Of a stretch of 64,000 nucleotides of DNA, positions 53,061-61,700 are shown in pieces. The notes under the pieces were generated by a model that had not been told where the DNA came from, did no database searches, and was given only the letters and a program-made list of their open reading frames with translations. The position numbers and the translations under genes are program-made. This DNA is from Hyphomonadaceae bacterium (GTDB taxonomy: Bacteria; Pseudomonadota; Alphaproteobacteria; Caulobacterales; Aquidulcibacteraceae): the NCBI GenBank assembly GCA_050185805.1, contig JBFWZB010000006.1:5818-69817 (forward strand), read 5' to 3'. Every line of letters starts with the position of its first letter. Position 1 is the first letter of the stretch.

Positions 53061-54376
53061 GCGCGCAGCCAGCGCCCGGTGCGCTCGCCGCGTGGCTGAT
53101 GAGGCGCTACTACACCGCCGAGCAGGGCGAACTCAGCATCGGCGGCGTGCGCGTGTCTACGCTGGCGGACGCCTACGGCACGCCGCTCTATGTGTTCGAT
53201 GCGGCGCTGATGCGGCGCCGCTATCGTGAATTGAGCGCGGCGGTGCAGGGCTTCGCCGAAGTCTATTATTCGGTGAAGGCCAATCCCAACGTCGAAGTGG
53301 CGCGCATTTTCGTGGACGAAGGCGCAGGGCTCGAAGTGGCCTCCGGGCGTGAATTCCTCACGGCGCGCGCGGCAGGCTGTTCGGCTGAGCGCATTCTGTT
53401 TGCGGGCCCGGCGAAAGGCGAGGCCGAGCTCGCTTTGGTGGTCGAACAAGGCATCGGCGAAATTCACCTGGAGAGTTACGAGGAGATCGCCCTCGTCGGC
53501 GCCATCGCACGCCAGCGCGGTGTGCGCGTCAAGGCGTCGGTTCGGGTCAATCCTATCGCCGCCGCTCAGGGCGGTGCGATGCGCATGGGCGGAAAGCCGG
53601 CTGCGTTCGGGTTCGACGAAGAAGACTTGGCGCATGTCGTCGATGCGATCGGGCAAGAGCCCGGGATCGAACTGATTGGCGTTCATCTTTTCGCGGGCAC
53701 TCAAATCCTCGATGCCAATGTGCTGCTGACGCAATGGGCGCATGGCCTCGATGTCGCGGCGCGGCTGTCGGAAATGATTGGCGCGCCGTTGCACACGATC
53801 GATCTCGGCGGCGGCCTTGGCATTCCCTATCACGACGGCGATGCAAGCCTCGATTTGTCCGCCGTCGCCGCTGGTGCGCCGGCGCTGATACACGCCAAGA
53901 GCGCGCATGCCGGCATTCGCGACGCGCGCGTCATCCTCGAACCGGGGCGATTTCTGGTGGGCGAGAGCGGGCTTTACCTGATGCGCGTGCGCTCGGTGAA
54001 GCGGTCACGCGGTCAGCGCTTTGTTCTCGCTGACGGCGGCATGCATCACCATCTCGCCGCTTCGGGCAATCTCGGCCAGGTGGTGAAGCGTGATTACCCC
54101 ATCGTCGCCACCGCGCGATTGAGCGACGCGCCTGAAGACGCGGCCACATTGGTCGGTCCGCTCTGTACCCCGCTTGACACGCTAGGGCGCAAGGCCCTGC
54201 TGCCGGCGATGCAAGCCGGAGATTTGGTGGCGGTGCTGCAATCCGGCGCCTACGGGCTCACCGCCAGTCCACATGGCTTCCTCGGTCATCCTACGCCTGC
54301 CGAAGTCTTGGTCGACGGCGCCGCGCACCGGCTTATCCGCGCCGCGGGGCGCATGGACTTGTCCACGGTGGGTTGA
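53057..54376 (+). CDS. fold-type III PLP-dependent decarboxylase, BtrK-like
   Basis: YSVKANP (PLP Lys), RMGGKP..FG, HLFAGTQ, DLGGG, EPGRF, GPLCTPLD, GAYG; GTGA-coupled. Confidence 0.88.
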   Translation: MSAQPAPGALAAWLMRRYYTAEQGELSIGGVRVSTLADAYGTPLYVFDAALMRRRYRELSAAVQGFAEVYYSVKANPNVEVARIFVDEGAGLEVASGREFLTARAAGCSAERILFAGPAKGEAELALVVEQGIGEIHLESYEEIALVGAIARQRGVRVKASVRVNPIAAAQGGAMRMGGKPAAFGFDEEDLAHVVDAIGQEPGIELIGVHLFAGTQILDANVLLTQWAHGLDVAARLSEMIGAPLHTIDLGGGLGIPYHDGDASLDLSAVAAGAPALIHAKSAHAGIRDARVILEPGRFLVGESGLYLMRVRSVKRSRGQRFVLADGGMHHHLAASGNLGQVVKRDYPIVATARLSDAPEDAATLVGPLCTPLDTLGRKALLPAMQAGDLVAVLQSGAYGLTASPHGFLGHPTPAEVLVDGAAHRLIRAAGRMDLSTVG

Positions 54377-54427
54377 GCAGCGGCGGCGGGACATTGATGG
54401 CGCGCCATGTTAGACGCGCTGCCGCGC

Positions 54428-54504
54428 GCGCCCTTAGCTCAACTGGATAGAGCACCCGCCTTCTAAGCGGGCGGTTGCAGGTTCGAATCCTGCAGGGCGC
54501 GCCA
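54428..54504 (+). tRNA. tRNA-Arg (anticodon TCT)
   Basis: GCGCCCT/AGGGCGC acceptor stem, CCCGC-CTTCTAA-GCGGG anticodon arm, GTTCGAATC, CCA. Confidence 0.97.
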
Positions 54505-54533
54505 CCGGCGCGCCGCGTCGAGGTGAGACGTCT

Positions 54534-56351
54534 TTACAGCGGCGCTGAGAACGCTCGGCCACTCGGCCGATTGAGGATGAAGCCCTCGACCTCATAGATC
54601 CTTGCACCCATCGTTCCGAGCGGAATGCTCCACACGCGCACCCGAGACCAATCACCGTTCGGCGACACATCCTCCACCGGGACGTTTCGTGAAATTTCGC
54701 CTTCGTTGAGGAAATTTGCGTGGTCGACGACGATGATGCGCGGCGAAACGATTTGCGTGACGACTGAGAGGTGGCCTCTGTCGGCGTAGCGTAGGACCAT
54801 GACGCCGCCTACGCCGGGCGCACGGCTGCGCTCGTAGCGCCCCTCCGCTTGCGTCCACCAGGTGTTGGCGTTTCCGTAGAGTTCGATGCCCGTTTCGTTG
54901 CGAGCGAACGGAACCGTCTGCAAGCGCGCTCTGCGGTTCGACACGTATGCATTGGCCTGAAAGTCTGAAGGGGCGCCATCGAGTGCGGCGCCTCGGTTCT
55001 CCTGCGGCTCGCGAAGCGCGCGCACAACACGGAGGCCGGTAAAAAAGCGCGTGTTGTCGGTGTCATCGGTGGAGACATCATGCTGGGACGCCGAGCGAAG
55101 GAGGGCCCCGTCGAGCAGCCATGCGCCCCCTGCGACGCCGGCGGCTTGACAACCGCCAGCTTCCCCGGGCTCACAGGTCCACTCCTGCACATTGCCGTGC
55201 ATGTCGAAGAGGCCAAATGCGTTGCCAGGAAAGCTGCCGACCGGCGCCGGGCCTTGCGGTGGCGGACGCGTCGAAGCGCCGAGATAGGCGTTGTCCCACT
55301 TGTATTGCGCATCGCGTGGGGTGATGCGGTGGGTTCCCGCGAAGGCCGAAGTAGAGCCGGCGCGGGCGGCGTATTCCCACTCCGCCGCGGTCGGCAGGCG
55401 ATAGGTCTCACCGGTTCGGCGGCTAAGCCAATTGACGTAAGCGAGCGCGTTGTCGAGGCGGACGCCTGAGATTGGCGCCGATTGTTGAGTGGCGCCCGCC
55501 AACGGCTCGCAAGCTTCGTCTGCCACGCATGCATTCCATTCGCCGACGGTGACTTCGAACCGACCTATTGCGAATGGCGCCACCGGCTCCAATCGACGCG
55601 TCCGCCGAGAGGGTTCGCGGCCGATTTCGAGTAAAGGGGCGCCGCGGAAGAAATGTCCGCCCGTGAGCGGCACGATCTCAGGGCAAACGTCGCAATCGCG
55701 AAGCACCGCGCCACGTTCGCCACGCATAGCCTCAGGAACGTGCAGCGGAAGCACTTGCGCCGCGGCGAGCAACGACGCCTGCGCAAGGGGCCGGCCGTAC
55801 GGCGTCCATAGAGAATTGAGCAGGGCTTGGGAGATCGCGCGATCTTCCATTACGGCGCCAGACCAAGCGCTTGAGACGGGGGTAGCGCGAACCCGTCCCG
55901 CGCTGTCGGCGGTCACCAGCGATTGCCCGCCATCGATGAAGGCGAGGTGTTCGATTTGCCCAGTGTGCCCGCCGACGACGCCGACAAGCTCTTCGCCGCG
56001 ATAGATCAGCACGGCGCCGTTTCCGTCCGCGATTGCGCGAAGGCCGCCGCTGGAGACAGCGCCTTGGTGCGGCGCTGGAGCGCCGGTTTCAGCGAGGCGG
56101 GCCTCATCAAGCAGCGCGATCTGGGCAAGGGCGTAAATCAGGAGCGCTGCGGCGCCGACTAGACCGGCCAACCAAAGCAGCGGCCGCGTGAGACGGCGCA
56201 TGACCGAACGCCGCGCCTTGGGCGGCGCGTCCTCCGGCTTGCGGGCCCGGCGGCGAAATCGGGCTTCGTCGAGGCGGTTGCGTAGCGCCGCTCGCGCCGC
56301 CGCACCGCTCTGGCGCGGCTGCTCCCGTTGCGGCCCGACCTCAAAGACCAC
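54534..56351 (-). CDS. membrane-anchored protein: TM + about 2 WD40-like blades + FGE-sulfatase(SUMF1)-like domain + inactive CHAP domain
   Basis: GHTGQIEHLAF...LVTADSAGRV; RDCDVCPE, EVTVGEW, RLPTAAEWEYAARAG, NAFGLFDMHGNVQEW; LQTVPFAR...WW.QA.GRY...GH.SVV...HAN...DVS..DWS.VRVW. Confidence 0.85.
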   Translation of the reverse strand: MVFEVGPQREQPRQSGAAARAALRNRLDEARFRRRARKPEDAPPKARRSVMRRLTRPLLWLAGLVGAAALLIYALAQIALLDEARLAETGAPAPHQGAVSSGGLRAIADGNGAVLIYRGEELVGVVGGHTGQIEHLAFIDGGQSLVTADSAGRVRATPVSSAWSGAVMEDRAISQALLNSLWTPYGRPLAQASLLAAAQVLPLHVPEAMRGERGAVLRDCDVCPEIVPLTGGHFFRGAPLLEIGREPSRRTRRLEPVAPFAIGRFEVTVGEWNACVADEACEPLAGATQQSAPISGVRLDNALAYVNWLSRRTGETYRLPTAAEWEYAARAGSTSAFAGTHRITPRDAQYKWDNAYLGASTRPPPQGPAPVGSFPGNAFGLFDMHGNVQEWTCEPGEAGGCQAAGVAGGAWLLDGALLRSASQHDVSTDDTDNTRFFTGLRVVRALREPQENRGAALDGAPSDFQANAYVSNRRARLQTVPFARNETGIELYGNANTWWTQAEGRYERSRAPGVGGVMVLRYADRGHLSVVTQIVSPRIIVVDHANFLNEGEISRNVPVEDVSPNGDWSRVRVWSIPLGTMGARIYEVEGFILNRPSGRAFSAPL

Positions 56352-56435
56352 GCTTCGCTCCCGCCGCTGACGCGAACCCCTTCCACAATCTTAACGACTT
56401 GATAGGCTCCGCCCAGCGGAAAGTCGGGAGGGGGC

Positions 56436-57773
56436 TTGTCCTACGTTTTCATCAGCCACGCGAGCCCTGACAAGCCGCGCATAAGGCCTGTCGTCGATGC
56501 CTTAATGGCCGCGGGCTTCAAGATCTGGCTCGATAATCCAGCCGCAACCGGTTACCGCGCTGAGGAAATTAGAAAATTCTACCGCATCCGGGCAGGCGGC
56601 AGGTGGGAAGATGAGATCGACGACGCGTTGCGCGGCGCAGCGTGCGTTTTGGTCTGCTGGTCATCCAAAGCGGTGACGGAGAAAGCGCTCAAGCTTAAGG
56701 AGCGCAGCGTTTGGTTCAACGAGGCCTATTACGCCAAGACGGCGGGCACGATGCTGGCCTGCCTCGTCGAGCCGATAAACCCGGCTGAGTTGCCAGGCAC
56801 GCTTTCGGCGCAGCAATTGCCCGATCTGTCGCCAGAGCAGGATCGCGCCCGCTGGGACAGCATCATGGTCAGCGTGATCGACGACGTCCGCCGCAAGCTG
56901 CAACAGCAATTCGAATTGCGGCAGCGCACGCAGTCCACGCGTGATGTGTTTGCGCCGTATCTCGCTGATCGCAGCGCGCAAGAAACGCTCGTGCATGAAT
57001 CGCTAGGCGGGATGCTTTCCGGCGGTGGCGTCAAGCCACTCTTCGTCACGGGGCCCGACAACGAGCGGTTGGACGAATTTCTGACGCGCCTTCGCATGAC
57101 TAGCGCCGAGGTGCTGCCGGATTCAAGCGTGTGGGAGGATTGCGAGGTCGAGTGGCCGGTCGGCGTGCACGCGCGGGTGTTCGCGCAACACTATCGGCGT
57201 AACCTCGCGCGCGCTTTGAAGCTCCAGGGCGAAGCCGAGGACAGCGCCATCGCCGCCGATCTGGAGCGCCGCGGCCGGCCAATCGCGCTCGTACACCGTA
57301 TGCTCGCAAAAGAATGGGGTCCCGACGAGGGCAAGCGCGTGCTTGCCTGGTTGGAATTCTGGGGCGGCGTGGCGCGCGTCAGCGCAAAGGTGAAAGCAAT
57401 TCCGCTCCTGCAACTGAAAATGCCCTCGGCGCGGCCGGGCTGGAAGCGGTGCCCGCCGGGTGCTTCGGGCGGCCGCGTCGGCAATCGCGGCATCTGGCGC
57501 AGTGTCGAGAGTGTTGCCAAGCGAGCTACACGGCAGAACCTGCTGAGCTTCACCCCATTGCCGGTCTTGTCGCCCATCAGTCATGGCGACGCCGACCGTT
57601 GGCTTAATCGGCTCTATCGCGAGCCGGGCGCAGAGCGCACACGTATCGAAGAAACGATGGATGCGATCTATCGGAAGGGACGCGCCAAACGTCACGGCTT
57701 GGCGCACAAGGACTTCGCAGCGTTGGTGACGCCGCTGTTCGAAGGTGCGGGACGGCAAGGGGGACAAACTTGA
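56436..57773 (+). CDS. TIR domain + inactive STAND (iSTAND)-like protein
   Basis: TTG start with GGGAGG RBS; VFISHA..D, IWLD, W..EI..AL, VCWS, WFNE (TIR_2-like); C-terminal PYLADR..Q, V.GP..E..DEF..RL, VEWP, L.PI...D...W. Confidence 0.8.
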   Translation: MSYVFISHASPDKPRIRPVVDALMAAGFKIWLDNPAATGYRAEEIRKFYRIRAGGRWEDEIDDALRGAACVLVCWSSKAVTEKALKLKERSVWFNEAYYAKTAGTMLACLVEPINPAELPGTLSAQQLPDLSPEQDRARWDSIMVSVIDDVRRKLQQQFELRQRTQSTRDVFAPYLADRSAQETLVHESLGGMLSGGGVKPLFVTGPDNERLDEFLTRLRMTSAEVLPDSSVWEDCEVEWPVGVHARVFAQHYRRNLARALKLQGEAEDSAIAADLERRGRPIALVHRMLAKEWGPDEGKRVLAWLEFWGGVARVSAKVKAIPLLQLKMPSARPGWKRCPPGASGGRVGNRGIWRSVESVAKRATRQNLLSFTPLPVLSPISHGDADRWLNRLYREPGAERTRIEETMDAIYRKGRAKRHGLAHKDFAALVTPLFEGAGRQGGQT

Positions 57774-58783
57774 GCGCCTATCCATATTTTGCGCGCGGAC
57801 TTTCCGGCGCCGCCTCAACACGGGCGGAAGAGATTCCGACGCTCGATCGAAGTCAGGTGGAAGCGCCTGAAGCTTACCTGCCGCATCCCGATCTTTCGCA
57901 TGCGGTGAATGTGGCGCTGATCACGGGCATGCCGCTCTTGCTGACGGGCGAGCCCGGGACGGGCAAGACGCAATTGGCTTACGCGCTGGCGCATGAGCTC
58001 AATTGCCACGTGCTGAAATTCGAAACCAAATCCACCAGTCAGGCGCGCGATCTGTTCTACACATACGATGCGCTGTCAGCGTTCAAGGTGCGCGACGCCG
58101 CCGATCCGCGTCAGTTCATCCAGTATCAAGCGCTGGGGCAGGCGATCCTTGAGGCGTTTCCCGGCGACAACCCTCGCTTGGCCCGCTTGTTGCCGGCTGG
58201 CGCCCCGCATGCTGGGCCCCGCCGTGCGGTAGTGCTGATCGACGAGATCGACAAGGCGCCGCGGGATTTTCCCAACGATCTCCTCAATGAAATCGACAGA
58301 TTGTTCTTCCGCGTTCCGGAATTGCAGAACGCTGGCTCCCCGGGGGCGGAGCCCAATGAAGAAGGAGTAGCGCAAAGATATCGGCCGATCGTCATCCTGA
58401 CGTCCAATTCCGAAAAAGGTCTGCCCGACCCGTTCCTGCGGCGTTGCGTCTATTTCGACATACCGTTCCCCACCAGCGAAGAGCTCGCCAACATCGTTGC
58501 GGCGCGCGTCGCGGGTGTGCGGTCGACCGATCCGCTCGTCGGGGACGCGCTCGACCTGTTCCAGAAACTCAGAGGTGGAGACCGCTCGCTATCGCTGAAG
58601 AAGAAGCCTTCCACGGCGGAGCTGCTGAACTGGATTCAGATGCTGCTCCACCGTGGCGTCAATCCGGGACAGCGGCTTGTGACGCAAAAGCCGCTGGTGC
58701 TGCAGACGCTGTCGACCTTGGTCAAAAACAGCGACGATCGCCGTGAGGCGACGGCATTCATTCAGGATCGCTGGGGCGCTTGA
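57770..58783 (+). CDS. MoxR-family AAA+ ATPase
   Basis: PLLLTGEPGTGKT, DLFYTYDAL, VVLIDEIDKAPRDFPNDLL, TSNSEKGLPDPFLRRC, KKPSTAELLNW. Confidence 0.93.
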   Translation: MSAYPYFARGLSGAASTRAEEIPTLDRSQVEAPEAYLPHPDLSHAVNVALITGMPLLLTGEPGTGKTQLAYALAHELNCHVLKFETKSTSQARDLFYTYDALSAFKVRDAADPRQFIQYQALGQAILEAFPGDNPRLARLLPAGAPHAGPRRAVVLIDEIDKAPRDFPNDLLNEIDRLFFRVPELQNAGSPGAEPNEEGVAQRYRPIVILTSNSEKGLPDPFLRRCVYFDIPFPTSEELANIVAARVAGVRSTDPLVGDALDLFQKLRGGDRSLSLKKKPSTAELLNWIQMLLHRGVNPGQRLVTQKPLVLQTLSTLVKNSDDRREATAFIQDRWGA

Positions 58784-58789
58784 CGCAAC

Positions 58790-61700
58790 ATGCCGGAGGC
58801 GTTTGACAGCCAAGAGGCGGACCTCGGCGACCAGATCTTTGGTGTGTTCGACGAGGCCGGCGGAAGCCTGAAGTCCGCCGGGCTTCTGGATCAGCTGCGC
58901 GCCGCGGGATTGCAGATCGGCGCGCGGGAGCACAACGCCGTTGGCGTGTTAGTGGCGGCGCTGCTTGGCCAGAGTTCGCCGCCGCCGAAGCTGCAAAGTT
59001 TGCACGCGCAGATCGCCCCGCTGGTGGCGCGCACCCCGCAGGAACGGGAAACGTTCTCGCGCGTCTTCAACGCGTTCGCGGGCGTTGATACAGGGTCCGC
59101 GCGCGCGGCGGGTGTTTCCTCCGACGCGCTGCTGGCCGGCGACGCTCGCCGCGGCCGATTTGCGCGCCTTCTGGCGGCGCGCAGCACGCGTATCGCCGCG
59201 GTGGTTTTGGGCGCGACCACGCTCATCGCCGCCTTGGCCTTCCTGTTGTTGCGCACGCCGCCCCAAGAACTGACGAGTGATGCGCCACAACAGGCCGTGC
59301 CTGCGCCCGCTGCGATCTCGGTTCAGGCAGAAGCATCGACAAGTGAGGGGGCGCTGGCCCCTGCGGCTTCGGCGAGCGTGAGCAAAGTAGCGCGCATCGC
59401 GCGCACCTATGCGGGTGCGCCTACGCTGGCGGAGCTTGCCGAAGGGTTAGCCGCGGAATCGCCGATCGAATGGGACGCCAGCGCTTATGAAGCGCGCTTG
59501 CACGAGCTTACGGGATTGCCGCGCCATCAGCCGCTCGCGCTGTACGAGACGGCCGGTTCACGCCCCAACAGCGCTGCGGTGTGGGCGCGGCTCGCGCGCG
59601 CCATCGACCGCGTAGAAACGCCGGGACGGGAATCGTCCTATGCGGCCTATCTTAATGCAACCGCGCCGATATTGGGCGATGACCCAGCGGACCCGCCAGG
59701 TGGAAGCGCCTGGTCCAGTGCTGCGGCGCCGGCCAGACGTCTCGAAGCAGCCATTGCGCAACGACTGGGAGCCACGGAGGCGTTGCCTACGGAGCGCAAC
59801 GAAGCCATAGCGCGCGTCCGCTCAATCATGCGCGAGCATATCGACGCGCACATTATCGAGCGGACTCTTGCGAGCGCTACAGATCCGCGCATTCGGCGTG
59901 TATTCCCCGAACCATTGTACGCAAGCCACGCTGACATTGAGCGGGAGCGCGCTATTCCGCCGATCACGCCCTGGATCGTCGCTAGCGCGCCGTTGCTGAG
60001 TTTGGGGGTTTGGCTGTTGGCTGGGTTGGCGCGGCGCAAGGCGTTTCTGCGCCGACGGCGGCCGGAAACTTCGCCTTTGCACACCGATCTTGTCACCGAT
60101 GCGGTGAGCTTGGCGCGCGACAGCGAGGTCGAGTACCTTCGCATCGGCAGGCGGTTGCAGCGCCGAACCGCGCGTGAGTCCGATCGGCTCGATATCGAGC
60201 GAACCGTCGCTGCGACGATTGCGGGAGGCGGCCATCTGGTGCGGCCGGTCATGGCGCGCACCCGCGCTTTGCCGGAATACCTGGTGCTGATCGAGCGTCG
60301 GGGAGCCAACGATCAAGATTATGCGCGGATGCGGGCGATGCTACAGCGCCTGCGCGATATGATTTCTATCGAAGTGTTCTCCTATCAGAGCGAGCCGTCG
60401 CTGCTTGAGCCGGACGGCGGGGGCCGCGCGGTGGCGATAGAGCGGCTGATGGCTGCTTTTCCGAATCATCGCTTGATCGTGTTGGGGACCGGCGCGGGGT
60501 TTCTCGACCCGATTCACAAGAAGCCGCTCCCTGGCGCAGAGCGGCTGACGCACTGGGAGCGGCGGGCGCTGCTAACCCCGCTGCCGCTTTCGGAATGGGC
60601 GCGCGAGGAATATTTGCTGGCGAGGGAGCTGGCGATGCCTGTTGGGCGCGCCACTCCCGAAGGATTGTCGCATCTCGCCGAGCTGTTGGGACTTGAGGGC
60701 CGAGGGGAAGAGGAAAATCTCGATCCCGCGGGCGATGGATTAGCGCGGCCTTTGCCGGAAGCGTTCCGTTTGCACCCGCAGCGTTACCTCTACAACGCGC
60801 CCCCGGACGACCACTCGATCGCGCAGGTGCTGCAAGACCTGCGTAATTATCTGGACCCTGCGGGTTTCGATTGGTTGACCGCGCTCGCAGTCTATCCGGC
60901 GACGCAATGGGATTTGACGCTCTATCTGGGCCTGACCCTGAAAGCGCCGCACGGCGTCGAAGGGCGGCTGGAGCCGCTCTACAGCGAACGGCGCATCGGG
61001 GCGCTGACGCAGCTGCCCTGGCTACGCGAGGGTTGGCTGCCGGATTGGCTGCGCCGGGCGCTAATTGGTGCGATGACGCCGATGCGCCGGCGCGAAGTGC
61101 GCGCAACCTTGGCGCGCCTGTTCAATGCCGCCGATGTCGCCGACAAGGCGCTGCCGGACCTAAACATTCGCATGCAGATCGCCCACGAGGCGCTGACGAA
61201 AACGGCGCCCGACAGCGTCTTCGACGATGAGGTGCTGCTCGATTTCATGGCGCGGGGCCGGGTTGAGGATTTCGAGCTACCCGAGAACGCTCTGCTTGAG
61301 CGCATCATGCCGCGCGAATGGCGCAAGCGGATCGGTTGGCCGGAACTGGCAGGCGCTGCAGTCGCGGCGATCTACGCTGCGGCGGCGTTCATCATGGCGC
61401 CCAAGCCTGCTGACGGGGGTTGGTCAGGCCATTCATGGCTGCCGTTGCTGACGCTAGGGGGCTTGGCCGCGCTTGGCCTAGCGGCGCTGCATGGGCGCGA
61501 CGTCTATCGCAGAGGCCGCGCGCTTTTGGAGCGCGCGGCGATTTATGCGGTGGCGATTGCGCTTACGGCGCTGTTCATTGCGGCGATGCCTTCGGTTGAG
61601 GGATTTGTACTTGCGCGTGCGCCGGAATTGGCCGCGTTCTATCCGTCGGGCCTAGCGCTCCAGAGCATCTTCGCGCTTGCCGCTCTCGGCTTAGCGAGGA

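Noticed and set aside
53057-54376. Calling the PLP enzyme lysA (diaminopimelate decarboxylase)
   Set aside because: The motifs (RMGGKP..FG, HLFAGTQ, CTPLD) and ACP/ligase context fit the BtrK-like subfamily rather than LysA.
55020-55130. Diversity-generating retroelement variable region in the FGE-like domain
   Set aside because: No reverse transcriptase and no second near-identical template repeat visible in the window; the domain is also not C-terminal.
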